Part shown: positions 13,150-26,572 of the stretch, piece after piece
Numbering within the stretch: the first letter of the stretch is position 1
How the letters are laid out: every line of letters begins with the position of its first letter
Source of the DNA: Squalus acanthias
Taxonomy: Eukaryota
Direction of reading: 5' to 3'
NCBI GenBank assembly: GCA_030390025.1
Contig: CM059432.1
Span: 48,548,001 to 48,612,000, forward strand
Length of the DNA: 64,000 bases
Position numbers and translations under genes: made by a program
The notes under the pieces: generated by a model
What the model was told of the DNA's origin: nothing
Databases searched by the model: none
What the model saw: only the letters and a program-made list of their open reading frames with translations

Positions 13150-15504
13150 TAACATCTGTCATTGGGAAAATGCTGGAGTCCTTTATTAAGGAAGTAGTAG
13201 CAGGACATTTAGAAAATCATAATACAGTCAAGCAGAGTCAGCATGGTTTTATGAAAGGGAAATCATGTTTGACAAATTTGCTAGAGTTCTTTGAGGATGT
13301 GACGAGCAGGGTGGATAAAGGGGAACCATTAGATGTAGTGTATTTGGATTTCCAGAGTGCATTCGATAAGGTGCCACATAAAAGGTTACTGCACAAGATA
13401 AGAGCTCATGGGTTTGGGGGTAATATATTAGCATGAATAAAGGATTGGCTAACTAACAGGAAACAGAGAGTCGGGATAAATGGGTCATTTTCAGGTTGGC
13501 AAACCGTAACTATCGGGTGCCACAGGGATCAGTGCTGGGGCCTCAGCTGTTTACAATCTATATTAATGACTTGGATGAAGGGACCAAGTGTAATGTAGCC
13601 CAATTTGCCGATGATACAAAGATAGGTGGGAAAGTAAGTTGAGAAGAGGACACAAAGAATCTGCAAAGGGATATAGATAGGTTAAGTGAGTGGGCAAAAA
13701 TTTGGCAGATGGAGTATAATGTGGGAAAATGTGAGGTTATCCACTTTGGTAGGAAAAATAAAAAAGCAAATTATTATTTAAATGGAGGGAGATTACAAAA
13801 TGCTGTGGTACAGAGGGATCTGGGGGTCCTTGTACATAAAACACAAAAAGTTAGCATGCAGGTACAGCAAGTAATTAGAAAGGCAAATGGAATGTTGGCC
13901 TTTATTGCAAGGGGGATGGAGTATAAAAGTAGGAAAGTCTTGCTACAACTGTACAGGGCATTGGTGAGACCACACCTGGAGTACTGCGTACAGTTTTGGT
14001 CTCCTTATTTAAGGAGGTATATACTTGCATTGGAGGCAGTTCAGAGAAGGTTCACAAGGTTAATTCCTGAGATGAAGGGGTTGTCTTATGAAGAAAGGTT
14101 GAGCAGGTTGGGCCTATACTCATTGGAGTTTAGAAGAATGAGAGGTGATCTTATTGAAACATATAAGATTCTGAGGGGGCTTGACAGGGTAGATGCAGTG
14201 AGGATGTTTCCCCTCGTGGAGGAATCTAGAACTAGAGGGCATAGTTTCAGAATAAGGGGTCACCCATTTAAAACGGAGATGAGGAGGAATTTCTTCTCTC
14301 AGGGTCGTGAATCTTTGGAATTCTCTACCCCAGAGAACTGTGGAGGCTGGGTCATTGAATATATTTAAGGTGGAGCTAGACCGATTTTTGAATGATAAGG
14401 GAGTCGAGGGTTATGGGGAACAGGCAGGAAAGTGGAGTTGAGGCCAAGACCAGATCAGCCATGATCTTATTGAATGGCAGAGCAGGCTCGAGGAGCCAAA
14501 TGGCCTACTCCTGCTCCTATTTCTTATGTTCTCATACCTTCTTTGTTTCTAATGGCTGTTTTTCTGCTCCGCCAACGAGATTTTTTTAAATCATTGCTAA
14601 GCTAGCTCTGATCTGTTCCTGTTGGTTCCTATTCTGGATTCCGCTCCCTTGCTGCTGAATGATCTCTGCTTTGCCATTGCTTCCCATGGCAGTTGACTCC
14701 ACTCATCCCTCAAAACTCCTCCGTCACTCTTTGCTGTACTGGGTTGGACCGGCTTCCCAAGCTACTACTGTTGCTCTGAATTTTGTGTGCTCCTCGCCTC
14801 CCTATGGCTGATCCTTGTACTAGTTCCCTCATCTGCACTCATCCCACGGATATATCTTTCACCCTCCCCTGGCTGCTCGCTCCTCTGCTAGTATATTAGA
14901 TCTACTAGTGTGCACAATCTGTATTTGAGGCTGCTACATGCCTCCATTCGAATGCTGAATCAACCTCTGGTGGCTCATGTTTGACTTTCCACTCCTCCTC
15001 AGCCATCCGTTTCCACTGGACAACCTCCAGCAAATACCCAATGATCCTTTGCCTCTTGAACAGCTCCTGGCTTCACTCCCCCTCCACAACTGTCTCGGAA
15101 CCTGGACATTGGTTCGTCTATGCTAGAAGTTGACTCCATCCTGTCTACAAGTCAACGTCATCCCACCACTGGACCTCAGACTTTAACTTTTAGTCTTCTC
15201 TTTGTGCTCTGCTTGCAACTAGGACATGTCTATCCTCATCTCTGCCATGACTATGTAACCTGAATTTAGTCCATGTCCATTTGTATGTACATTCTGGCTG
15301 CAGCTCTGGACCCTAGCCATTACTTCTATCTCCCTTTTTCTTTTCTGTTGTCCCTCTCCGGTCCTTCTCTCCGGTTTCCTCCTGTTCCTATCACTCAGTC
15401 ATGCCAGCTTTCATTTCTCCCCTCTTGGGTGCTTTGTCCCCCCCCCTCCACCCAATCCCTACCCCAACCCATCACCTCCTTTAAAAACAACTGTCAAAAG
15501 ACCC

Positions 15505-15930
15505 ACCCTTGACCCCTCTTTCCTTGCAAACTACCGCCCCATTTCCCACCTGCTTTTCCTTGGAACATATTGTCGCCTCCCAAATTTGTGCCCATCTTAC
15601 CCGCAACTCCACGTTTGAATCCCTCCAATCAGGTTTCTACCCCTACCATAGCACTGAAACAGCCCTATTCAAAATCACAAATGACATCCTCTGTTACTGT
15701 GACCATTGTGCATTTTCCCTCCTCGTCCTTCTTGACCTGTCTGCATGCAGCCTTTGGCACGGTTGACCACACCTTCCTTCTGCAAATGCCTCTCCTCTAT
15801 TGTCCAGCTCAATAGGACTGCCTTCACATGGTTCCACTCTTACCTATCAAATCATAGCCATAGCATCTGCAGCAATGGCTTCTCTTCCATCCTCCACACC
15901 GCTGCGTTTGGAGTCCCCCAAGGATTCTAA
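15505..15930 (+). mobile_element. Old L2-type LINE RT fragment
   Basis: Degenerate NYRPIS, LQSGF.PYHSTETAL, LLVLLDLSA, GVPQG motifs. Confidence 0.7.
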
Positions 15931-15940
15931 ATGTCCTATT

Positions 15941-16429
15941 TAAGAACATAAGAAATAGGAGCAGGAGTAGGCCATACGGCCCATTGAGCCTGCTCCGCCA
16001 TTCAATAAGATCATGGCTGATCATCGACCTCAACTCCACTTTCCCGCCCGATCTCCATATCCCTTGATTCCCCTAGAGTCCAAAAATCTATCTATCTCAG
16101 CCTTGAATATACTCAAAGGGCTGGATTTTCATTGACCCGTGGAGGCGGGTTTGGAGACGTGTGGGGGGTTAAAATTGCGAAAACTGGTGGGCGGGCACAA
16201 GTCCGCCTCCATCCCGCCTCCACGCAATTTTCATTAAATCGTGTCTGCTGGTCCCGACTCCGTCCCGCCTCTAAGAGACGGGATAGGCTGTTAAGGCCCT
16301 TAACAAGCACTAAATTGGCTTTATAATGCCATTTTGAAAGGCCTTTGTGATTTTAACCCTTGTTCTACGTGAAGCACGCCTGTTCTGAACCACGATTGTG
16401 AAACCTGGCGGGAGCACATTTGGCTGGCT

Positions 16430-16465
<36 letters not shown>

Positions 16466-17625
16466 GGTGGTGTAAAAAATCTGGGAGTGATGGTGTAAAA
16501 ATATCTGGGAGCAGACTGAGCTGCTGCTGCTCATTTTGCATCCAGGTCCTCTCACAGCAAAGGCCAGGCAGTCTCTGAAGACCTTCAATGCAGCAGGAAT
16601 GATGACATCATCAGAGGCGACTTTCAGACTGAAAACACTAATTGGTTCATGGGTTCCCACATGCTGGAACTCAATTGCCCAAATAGATGATAATTGCATC
16701 AATCTCCCACATCCAATTGCAGTCGGGTGGATAACACGAAAAGTGGATAACACGACCCCAACCCACCCCAGATCCGTTTATCCCAACTCTCTGTTTTCTG
16801 TCCGTTAACCAATCCTCTATCCATGCCACTGTATTTCCCCAAACTCCATGAGCCCTAATCTTGTGTAATAACCTTTTATGTGGCACCTTATCGAATGCCT
16901 TTTGGAAATCCAAGTATACTACATCCACTGGTTCCCCTTTATCTACCCTGCTAGTTGCATCCTCAAAAAACTCTAATAAATTTGTCAAACACGATTTCCC
17001 TTTTATAAAACCATGTTGACTCTGCCTAATCATGTTATGATTTTCTAAGTGACTTGATATCACTTCCTTAACAACGGATTCCAGCATTTTCCCGACGACT
17101 GATGTCAGGCTAACTGGTCTGTAGTTCCCTGTTTTTTCTCTCCCTCCTGATCCAATAAGATCATGGCTGATCTTCTACCTCAACTCAACTTTCCCGCCCT
17201 ATCCCCATATTCCTTAGTGCCCAAAAATCTATCGATCTTAGTCTTGAATATACTCAATGATTGAGCATCCACAGCCCTCTGGGGTCGAGAATTCCAAAGA
17301 TTCACAACCCTCTGAATGAAGTATTTTCTACTCATCTCACTCCTAAATGGCTGACCCCTTACCCTGAGACTATGACCCCTAGTTCTAGACTCTCCAGTCT
17401 AAGGGAACCAGCCTCTCAGCATCTCCCCTGTTAAGTCCTCTGCAACAACAACAATGTGCAGTTATATAGCGCCTTTAACGTAGTCAAACATTCCAAGGTG
17501 CTTCACAGGAGTGCTATCAAACAGAATTGTTTCAATCAGATCACCTCTCATTCTTCTAAACTCCAGAGAATATAGACACATTCTACTCAATCTCTCGTCA
17601 TAGGACAACCCTCTCATCCCAGGAG
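15941..17625 (-). mobile_element. Scrambled CR1 fragments (3' ends and RT segment) with an embedded MITE and a short L2 3' end (~17444-17525)
   Basis: Tail aagaacataagaaatagga at ~15941; ORF 16671-17087 QHGF..VYLDFQKAFDKV; further 3' pieces 17150-17440 and 17528-17623. Confidence 0.75.
16118..16770. mobile_element. MITE family B, right end deleted
   Basis: Left TIR GGGCTGGATTTTC; body aligns with 34114-34805; contains (CT)n at 16434-16460; fused to CR1 RT sequence at ~16771. Confidence 0.82.
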
Positions 17626-17639
17626 AGCTTCTGACCCTA

Positions 17640-18575
17640 TATCCCATAAAGACTGCCGACTTCCACCTCCATAATATCGCACACCCCCAGCCCTGCCTCA
17701 GCCTATCTGCTGCTGAAATACTCATCTTTGCTTTTGTCACCTCCAGATTTAACTATGCCATTGCTGTCCTGGCTGGCCTCTCATCCTCCACACCCTATAG
17801 ACTTCAACCCATCAAAAACGCTGCTGCCCGTATCCTATCCTGCTCACCCATCATGCCTGTCTTTGCTGATCTGCATTGGCTTGGGATCTTCCAACACCTC
17901 CAATTTAAAATTCTCATCCTTATGTTTAAATCCCTTCATTGCCTTGCCCTCCCTATCTGTGTAATCTCCTCCAGACCTACAACCCTCCCAGATCTCTTCT
18001 TTTGTTTGTGGCTTCTTGCGCCTCCTTCCCTCCCTTTACCCTACCATTGGCGATCTTGTCTTCAGTCACCTAGGTCCCACACTCTGGAATTAACTCCCTG
18101 AACCTCTCTGCCTCTCCACCTCCCTCTAATATTCTGGAGTTTTTGTTGATTTCCTCTGGGGGTCAGGGCAGTTCATGATGGGTTATATTGTACATGCTGT
18201 TTTTAGAGCTTACCTAAATATTTCTCTTTTGCCCTGTGCCAAAGTAAGTAAACTTTTGCTCACTACAAACTGCAGTGTAGCTTCACTGACACAACATCTG
18301 ATAACATAAAAAAAGCAAAAACTGCAAATGTTGGGAATTTGAAACAAAAACAGAAAATGCTGGAAACACCCAGCAGTTCTGATGAAGGATCCACACCTGA
18401 AACATTAACTTGTCTGCCTACGGTTCAAACAAAACCCCTCGGTACTCGTATAAGAACCTCTGACCAAGCTTTTGGTCATCCCTCTAGTATCGCCTTTTTT
18501 GACTCGGTGTCAATTTGTGACTAATTACACCTCTGCGAAACGCCTTGGGATGTTTTTCTACATTAAAGGCACATT
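17640..18575 (+). mobile_element. L2-type LINE 3' fragments (17640-18125 and 18420-18575)
   Basis: Degenerate AFVTSRxxY, LHWL..FKIL motifs; L2 3' end gacccaagctttt..aaacgccttgggatgttt. Confidence 0.65.
18308..18415. repeat. Remnant of a second PLE pLTR family with hammerhead-like core
   Basis: aaaacagaaaatgctggaaa..cagcag followed by CTGATGA-aGG...CCt-GAAAC (~18378-18402); related to 19482-19661 and 23074-23176. Confidence 0.55.
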
Positions 18576-19481
18576 TATAAACTAGTAAAAAGGTAACTCT
18601 AGAGCTGATAACAGGAGATTCTTCTTCGTGCAAGAATGATCAACAGTAGACCTTAGTGATAAAGGTGTTTCCCATGGCAAGCATGGCATCAATCTCTTGG
18701 TTTATACAAGTATGAACAGTATTATGGGTTTGTATGGTTCAAGAGAGGATCTGAAATCTATACATTGGAAGATGCAAAGGACATTTGCCCCAAATATTAG
18801 TTCATATCAGTGACTGGGGTTCCTAGTGAATGCCATAAGTGGCCTGGACATAGTCCTTAAGGACCTTGCTGAGAGGGGTCAGATCTTTGATCTTTCTTAT
18901 AATGTATAAGATACAAGTCCAAACAATTTTTCATTCTTCAGAAATCCTAGGCATGTCCTTTGGTCTATGTACAAGATTCAGGAAATGTTTGCAGGGAGGG
19001 AGCATTCCAGCTTGGGTGGAAAGACAGCGTACTTAAAAATTGTAGCAAGATGTTATTTAAATAGTCATGTCTGTACCCACACTGCTACTTGTTTTATTTT
19101 CTCTTCAATTTCATTGTAGTGCATGCCCTGTATGTAACATTTTTACTTTGAAATAGCCATTTATGGTTTGTAAAAGTTCAATAAAATTGCTAATACTTTG
19201 GAGTACCTAACTAAATTAGCTACAATAATGTTCCATTACAGTATCATCACTCCTTTATTATACCACTAACTGGTAATGCTGAAGGCAATGCCAGAGGGGA
19301 CACTGCTACAGTTTCGCAATGTACTGTAAAGGCTTGAAAACATTTCTCCTGTAACTTGTCCAAAGTTCCTTAGTCAATTCCAAGTTACCATTCTTAACAT
19401 AACCTTTAGTATTCCAGAATCTGTACCAAATAGGGGTGACAGAAAGTTCTGTGCATCTGTAGCTAATGAAGTTACAATAAT

Positions 19482-19661
19482 AAAAACAGAAAATGCTGGA
19501 AATACTCAGCAGGTCAGGCAGCATCTGTGGAGAGAGAAACAGAGTTTATGTTTCAGGTCGATGAGATTTCATCAGAACCTTTCATGACTTTTCATCATTC
19601 AGTTCTGATGAACGGTATTTCAGATTTCCAGCATCCGCAGTATTTTGCTTTTGTATTAGAG
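19482..19661. repeat. Fold-back PLE pLTR remnant (family 2)
   Basis: ttcatcagaac ... gttctgatgaa inverted centre; 11-bp TSD GTTACAATAAT at 19471-19481 and 19662-19672. Confidence 0.65.
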
Positions 19662-20339
19662 GTTACAATAATGCCTAGAAAGCAAGATTTACTACAAGTT
19701 TAAGTACAATGGCATTTATGTTTAAAAATCAGCAAGGGAGATGAAGTCACCAGCTATTATGAAAGAAGGTTGAAAGCCATCCAATGATGAGATTAGGTTT
19801 GAAGGTTGATTTGAGTTGATGTGGCAATGACAGTATTGTATAATTTTGGCTCCAGAATGACAGTCATGCACAACGGGGAAGATAACAAGTTGGAGTCGTC
19901 TTCCTTCCGATATGCTGAAAGACAAAGGGGAAAATTAAATTTAGATACCCATTACTAATTTGGGATTGATCTGAAACATTTTAGTATCATATATTGAAAA
20001 ATATTTCCATGTATTTGACCTCTCCTCTCTTGTGATCTGATATAGGTGAAGAGTTTCCTCAAACCTGCTCTCTTCTCTCTTTCTGTCCTTTAAATAAAAA
20101 TTACAACTGCAACCTTCAAAAGAAAGTCACAGAAGATTCCACATTTATAACCAGCACTTTTTTCTACCTTTTTATGCCCTCCAGTGTTCTGCAACATTCC
20201 CCAGCTGTGAAGGCACTCAGGCAGTCCACTCCCAGGCCTTTGCCATACATGATTAATATACTTTTGGAATGTATTCTGATCAGAGAATACTATTCTTGGG
20301 GAAATCCTTTGTGGAGGTGATTAATGTCTCAAACTTTAC

Positions 20340-20830
20340 AACCTGTCCATCACCATAATCACTTACGTCCACCTCCTTAATATTGCCTGCATCCACCCTT
20401 ATCTCACTCCCTCCACTGCTACTGAAATCCTTGCCCACACCTCTGTTACCTCCATACTCAGCTTCTCCAACACCCTCTTGATAACTTCCTGACTTCCACC
20501 ATACACAAACAACTTCTTCTCCAAAGCTGCACTACTCACAATCTGCCTCGCACTAAATTCCACCCATCAGCCCCATCCTCTCTGATCTTCATTGACTCCA
20601 TGTCCCCTAACACATCAAATTTAAAATTCTCAACATTTAAAAATCCTTCGGTGGCCTTGCTCCACCTTACTTCCAAAACCTCCTCCAGGCTGACTTCCCA
20701 GCCTATGCTCTGTGGTCGTCTAATTCTGGCCTCCCCTGTATCCCTCAATCCCTTCGCTCCACCATTCGATGAGGAGCATTTAACCATCTTATTCTTTGGA
20801 GCTCTGTGCTTCCACCGCCCTTTCAGGCAG
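20340..20830 (+). mobile_element. Old L2-type LINE fragment
   Basis: Degenerate similarity to 17640-18125 (atattgcctgcatccacc, ttcattgactcc, tttaaattctc). Confidence 0.5.
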
Positions 20831-20871
20831 TGCATTCCAGATCATAACAAAACTGCTTTTATAAAAGTGCT

Positions 20872-22121
20872 ACAAACCTACTGGAGTTTTTTGAGGATGT
20901 AACTGGTAGAATAGATAAGGGAGAACCAGTGGATGTGGTGTATTTGGATTTTCAGAAGGCCTTTGATAAAGTCCCACATAAAAGAGGTTAGTTTGCAAAA
21001 TTAAAGCACATGGGATGGAGGGTAATATACTTGCATGGATTGAAAATTGGTTAACAGACAGGAAACAGAGAGTAGGAATAAATGGGTCTTTTTCGGGGTG
21101 GCAGGCGGTGATTAGTGGGGTACTGCAGGGATCAGTGCTTGGGCCCCAGCTATTCACAATATATATCAATGATTTGGATGAGGGAACCAAATGTAATATT
21201 TCCAAGTTTGCTGACGACATGAAACTAGGTGGGATTGTGAGTTGTGAGGAGGATGTAAAGAGGCTTCAACGCGATTTAGACAAGTTGAGTGAGTGGGCAA
21301 ATACATGGCAGATGTAGTAGAACGTGGATAAATGTGAAGTTATCCACTTCGGTAGGAAAAACAGAAAGGCAGAGTATTATTTAAATGGTGATAGATTGGG
21401 AAATGTTGATGTACAAAGGGACCTGGGTGTCCTTGTACACCAGTCACTGAAAGCAAACATGCAGGTGCAGCAAGCAGTTAGGAAGGCAAATGGTATGTTG
21501 GCCTTCATTGCAAGAGGATTTGAGTACATGAGCAAGGATGTCTTACTACAGTTATACAGGGCTTTGGTGAGACCACACCTGGAGTACTGTGTGCAGTTTT
21601 GGTCTCCTTACCTAAGCAAGGATATACTTGCCATAGAGGGAGTGCAGCAAAGGTTCACCAGACTGATTCCTGGGATGGCAGAACTGTCGTAAGAGGAGAG
21701 ATTGGGTCGACTAGGCCTGTATTCACGAGAGTTTAGAAGAATGAGAGGGGATCTCATTGAAACATAAAATTCTGACAGGGCGAGACAGACTAGATGCAAG
21801 GAGGATGTTTCCCCTGGCTGGGGGGGTCTAGAACGAGGAGTCACAGTCTCAGGATACAGGGTAGGACATTTAGGACTGAGATGAGGAGAAATTTCTTCAC
21901 TCAGAGGGTGGTGAACCTGTGGAATTCTCTACCACAGAAGGCTGTGGAGACCAAGTCACTGAATATATTTAAGAAGGAGATAGATAGATTTCTAGACACA
22001 AAAGGCATCAAGGGGTATGGGGAGAGAGCAGGAATATGGTATTGAGATAGAGGATCAGCCATGATCATGTTGAATGGCGGAGCAGGCTCGAAGGGCCTAC
22101 TCCTGCTCCTATGTTTCTATG
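20872..22121 (+). mobile_element. 5'-truncated CR1 (RT and 3' UTR)
   Basis: [40 protein letters not shown]; tail atgtttctatg. Confidence 0.88.
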
Positions 22122-22194
22122 CTTGTTTAGTTTTGATACCAATTTCTACCCGTATCACAAAATGGAGCCCTTAATACAAGATGTAATCTGAACC

Positions 22195-22600
22195 CAATCT
22201 CACATAGCATAGCTTCTCGAACAGTACTTCTTTACATTTTTCTACATTGAACTGCATTTGCCATCTATCTACCAATCCTCCTAGTCTATTCATGTCCTGC
22301 TGCAGGTTTTCAGAATCTTTGCCACAATTCGATATCATAGTGAATTTCAATATTGTTCCATGAATGCCTAAGTCTAGATCATTTATGTCGAGAGTATATA
22401 ATAGCCCCAAAACAGACTCCTATGGAACACAATTCATCACATCTTTCCATTCTGAGAAATTTCCTTTTATTTCTATCTTTTGGTTTCTGCTCTCCAACCA
22501 TCTCTATCATGTGGCCACATTCCCCTTAATTTCATCTGCCACTATCTGTGGCATAACTCTCTTTATGTTGTACCTATTCAAATACTTTTTGAAAATCCAT
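22195..22600 (-). mobile_element. Highly decayed CR1 RT fragment
   Basis: INDLDLG..KF, WQMQFNVEKC in ORF 22171-22410. Confidence 0.6.
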
Positions 22601-23073
22601 ATAAGCCACACCAATGGTGTAGAAATATGGCAATAATTGACGGAGTCAATGGCCCCAGAATTATGGCAGATGATTGGAAAAATCCCCATGCAGAACTTCT
22701 AGCCCCTAATTTTTCCCACTAACTCTTAACTTTCGTATTTCCTAGTATTTCCTTTTTTGTTGCAAGTTATCTCCCTTTCTTTCTTCTCCTGATATTATTA
22801 AATCGCTGGCTGGGCTACAATTCCATGGGCATCAAGCACCCTGTAGTACTTTGCCCAAGTTGTCATTATTTATGTATGTGGCTTGACAGTAAATGTCAAC
22901 AGATAATTCCATTGTGGTGGGCATCTCAGCCAAGCCTGATCCTGCCTGCACCCCATATTCACATATGTACATAATCCAGTAGTGGCTTCTGGATAGCATC
23001 AGGAATAGGCACTTTGGTTGATTTTCCTTTTTCAGAGTTAGTGAAACTAATTAAACGACCTTTACTAGCACAA

Positions 23074-23176
23074 TAGCAAAATATTGCAAATGCTGGAAAT
23101 CTGAAATAACAAAATGCTGGGAACACTCAGCAGGCCAGGCAGCATCTGTGGAGAGAGAAACAGAGCTAACATTTCT
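23074..23176 (-). repeat. PLE family-2 pLTR remnant
   Basis: Matches 19482-19550 (aaatgctgg..ctcagcaggccaggcagcatctgtggagagagaaacagag). Confidence 0.6.
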
Positions 23177-23593
23177 ACTAATTCGATACAAATTAAACTA
23201 CGGACTTTACTGATTTTCATGGCTAGGTACACATTCACAAATTCACTGAGTTGTCAGTAGAGCTCTATTTTTTTTAAAATTATGAATCCTTGACTTCTAC
23301 TTGACTGATATATTGAATACAGTGAAGATTGTGGCAGTATATTTCTTGTTGTTGGCACTAGCCAAATGGTCTTTTCCAGTCCTGTGCATTCCTTTGTTCA
23401 TATGTTCCTATTTTGGGTGTCTGTAATTTCCCTTCAGCGCTGAGTAAACCTGACTACATAACGGTATAATGAATATGATGCCACCATATGAGATTTTATA
23501 AATTTGACCGGTTCGTGTTGAGCTTCGTGCCTCGAGCAAGAATTCAGCTGTATTGGCCAGCAGGCCCAAAAAGATTTTTCATCTATTAAAATT

Positions 23594-23599
23594 TTTATT
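23594..23599 (-). terminator. Candidate polyadenylation signal AATAAA for the SLC7 gene
   Basis: TTTATT on plus strand, ~140 nt downstream of the stop codon. Confidence 0.45.
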
Positions 23600-23735
23600 A
23601 AAAATTACCCTGATTTAAAGAAAGTGACAAAACTACAAGTTTGAGCATAAAGAAATGAACACTGATATTGTACAGCAAGAATGGGGTGAAAATAACTTAA
23701 ATACCTCTTTGTCGTGAATAATAACATTTATACTG

Positions 23736-23978
23736 CTATCGGGTTTTGAAACCGTCAAACGGATTAGTGGGAGATACTTCCAAAACCAGCTGGAAAAAGC
23801 AGGTGATGCTGTCACAGTATTTGAAATGAAATTTGAAATATACAAATGGAAAATAAAGGAAGAGCCCAGTTATCATAAAAATCAGCATGTAGATATATTT
23901 GATCTTGGGAATCTGTACTAATGGTGTCATAATGAAGAAACTGACTGCCACCATAAGAACTGGAACTAGCAAGAATAC
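23736..23978 (-). CDS. slc7a13: Terminal coding exon of an SLC7 (HAT light chain) amino-acid transporter, SLC7A13-like
   Basis: VFLLVPVLMVAVSFFIMTPLVQIPKIKYIYMLIFMITGLFLYFPFVYFKFHFKYCDSITCFFQLVLEVSP..* gives two TM helices and the T..Q..LEV tail of SLC7 light chains; acceptor ttttttctccccacag; phase 0. From memory, TM11 to stop in one exon starting VFL fits SLC7A13 better than SLC7A9, so the paralog call is tentative. Confidence 0.8.
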   Translation of the reverse strand, partial: VFLLVPVLMVAVSFFIMTPLVQIPKIKYIYMLIFMITGLFLYFPFVYFKFHFKYCDSITCFFQLVLEVSPTNPFDGFKTR

Positions 23979-26572
23979 CTGTGGGGAGAAAAAAGTCAAT
24001 AAAATATAGCCCAGCTAAATAAAAAAAAATGTTAAATTGTTTGATAGCAATATTAATTGAATCTAGTATCAATTTGGCTATAATATTTTTTATTTGTGAC
24101 TTCATTATGGCATTGACTTTTAAAAGTTAGTCATTTCTGTCTGTCTTCTTTTGGTCCTCCTATCTCATGTGCCACAGATGCCACTTTTAGTTGTATGTTT
24201 TCAAAGCTTGTGGTCATACTGAGAATTTCATAGCATCCAGTTCACCATTGAGTGGCTCCCAACATCACTTTAGGACCAGCAAGGAGAAGAAGTGCATAGA
24301 ATTATAAAGAAAATTACAACACGGAATTAGGCTGTTCAGCCAACCAGTCTACGCCAGATTCTAGCCCCACATGAGGAATTGGACACAGGTGAGTTTATAA
24401 AGATAAAATAAATTATTCTCTCAATGAAGATATTATAGACTTGTCCTTGACAGCTGGGGAGCTCCGCAATGCAACAAGCAACATTAAGCCAGTTGAGACC
24501 AGTTTAAGACCAGCAGAGCATGGGACTTCCATTACAGCAGAATTAAATTGCCACAAGTGATTTGCTGCAAATCCTAGAGCTATGAGGACACATGGGGACT
24601 GAAAATATGCAGATTTATTGAACTCTGCTTCCTTTTGAATAATTACAAGTCCCTCGTGTATATTCAGCCCTAAATTTAGAATAAAAATTCCACACTACAT
24701 ATATATGTTACAAGGGCAACTTGGAAACATGATTGAGATGCAAATGACCTTGCGAAGTCAAAAATCTTTTGTAAATCATACGTTCTTCAAAATAACCATC
24801 CGCTGGTCTATAAGTAAAGCAGAAAAATAAAATTTGGGAAGAATCAAATAAGTATATAAAATTAAAGAAGCTACAATTACGTAGCAGAATCCAGATTATT
24901 ATTCGTGTAAAAAGAACTGAATAACTCTTAACTTTCACACTGCCAACAGATCAAGAGCATTCCAGTGTCCCTGAGCTGGCCAGTTTTAAAAATATTTAGG
25001 TCACACACCATTTTACAGCAATAATTGTTCTCATATCAATTTATTATGGTGATAACCTTATACTTTCAAAATCAGATTTTAAAACAATTTTCTTCTGCTC
25101 ACCCTGCCTTTCCTTTGCTCCCATTCTGTTACTTTCCCTTTCTCCCATTCTCTTCCTTATTCTGTCTCATTTGCTTTTATTATTTTACCTTTACTTTAAC
25201 TTTATTTCTAATTACTGTACTACATTGTAATTTTTCTGTTACTGTCTTTTAGTTTTAATGCAGCCAGTTATTATAGGATCTCTAGTAATCTTGACCACTT
25301 TAGGTACATTTTTTGAGCTTTTAGCCCAGGCATTTGATTCTTAGATGTTACGGATACTTTGCTTGGTGAACCTAAAATGTAATCTTCCTGTTCTAATAAT
25401 TGTTTGATCTAGCGACCTATATTTTATATTATCTACTACATTCCATATGTGGGTAGCGTGTTTAATTGAAAACTCATTTAAGTAGCTGTAGTACCTCATA
25501 TCTGTAGATTGTACTATGAGAGGTATTTTCAATGTTAAAGATGTCACATCATGTGGCACACAATACCTGCTATTTCATAGTTAGAGTACATTACACTGTG
25601 ATAGCATAACGTGTATGTAAATTATTATAAGCTGGGCTCACAAAATTCTGCAAGGTTAGCTGGGCTGCTAAAGTATGCATGCTGTGCCAGGATTTAATTT
25701 ATTTAGTCTTCAAAAGAAGGTAAATACTGTAAATACATAAAAATTTCAAGAAAAAAATGAAATTTTGTACAGCAGTGTGACTGAATGATGGTAAAAATAT
25801 TACCAACATTTTATACTGAAACATTTTATTGTTAAAATAGCAGACAAAAGAATTTTATAAAAACTCATTAAAGGCATTTGTTACTAATACTATACAGTAC
25901 ACATTCAACCTCCAAATAAATGATATCTATTGAATAGCATTCATCCACTGATCTGATTACCTTCTCAAATAATTCCAACACATTTCCAGGGCATAAGTTA
26001 TTATTTTGAAAACCATGCTGATTGCTCCTTCATATGGATGTTCTTCAGTATTTTCCATTATTAGTGTTGGCCCAAATGGTCTATTTCCACATACCATAAT
26101 GTATAGTCCTCATGTACAACACATGTATATATTGAAAGTCTTAATCTTAATTTTAATTATGACTTCCCTATTTACCCATTTCCTTGAGGATTCTTAAGGT
26201 TGTATCCCATCTACTGTAGGTGCCCTGTAGTCATTTATTTATTTGAGTTTCTTCCTAATCTATGCTTTATTGACCTGCCCATATGTTATATTTCCCAAGT
26301 CAACTTGAGTTGATTTGAAATTTGTCTAGATCATTATTTTGTGCATACAGATGAAAAAGATTCATTTGACACATCTGTAATTTCTTGTTTCCTCCATGAT
26401 ACTCCATGATCAAGAGAGGTAGATTGGTGTGATGGGAAATTACTGCAGACCTGCACAAAGGCCATGAAGTTAATTACATATAAGGGAGGTCATTCATTCC
26501 ATCGAGCTAATCTTTTCAAGAAGCCATGATTCTCACATCACAGCACATAACTGTCTTGATTCCAAAGCTTTT

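Larger units (their letters stand above)
3461..14535 (+). mobile_element. CR1 LINE A, near full length and degenerate; interrupted by CR1 B (4114-9716) and by a CR1 fragment plus MITE (11778-13149)
   Basis: ORF1 begins at 3878 (CCSC..HICSKC zinc finger and coiled coil) and resumes ~9720-10425 (SGNH esterase VGDSIV..DGLHLN); ORF2 pieces [42 protein letters not shown]; 3' tail ttcttatgttct. Confidence 0.88.

Noticed and set aside
5494..13434. Recurring antisense ORFs (e.g. MARSCLIILK.., MLWRFKCSSK..)
   Set aside because: They recur only because they are antisense frames of the same CR1 family.
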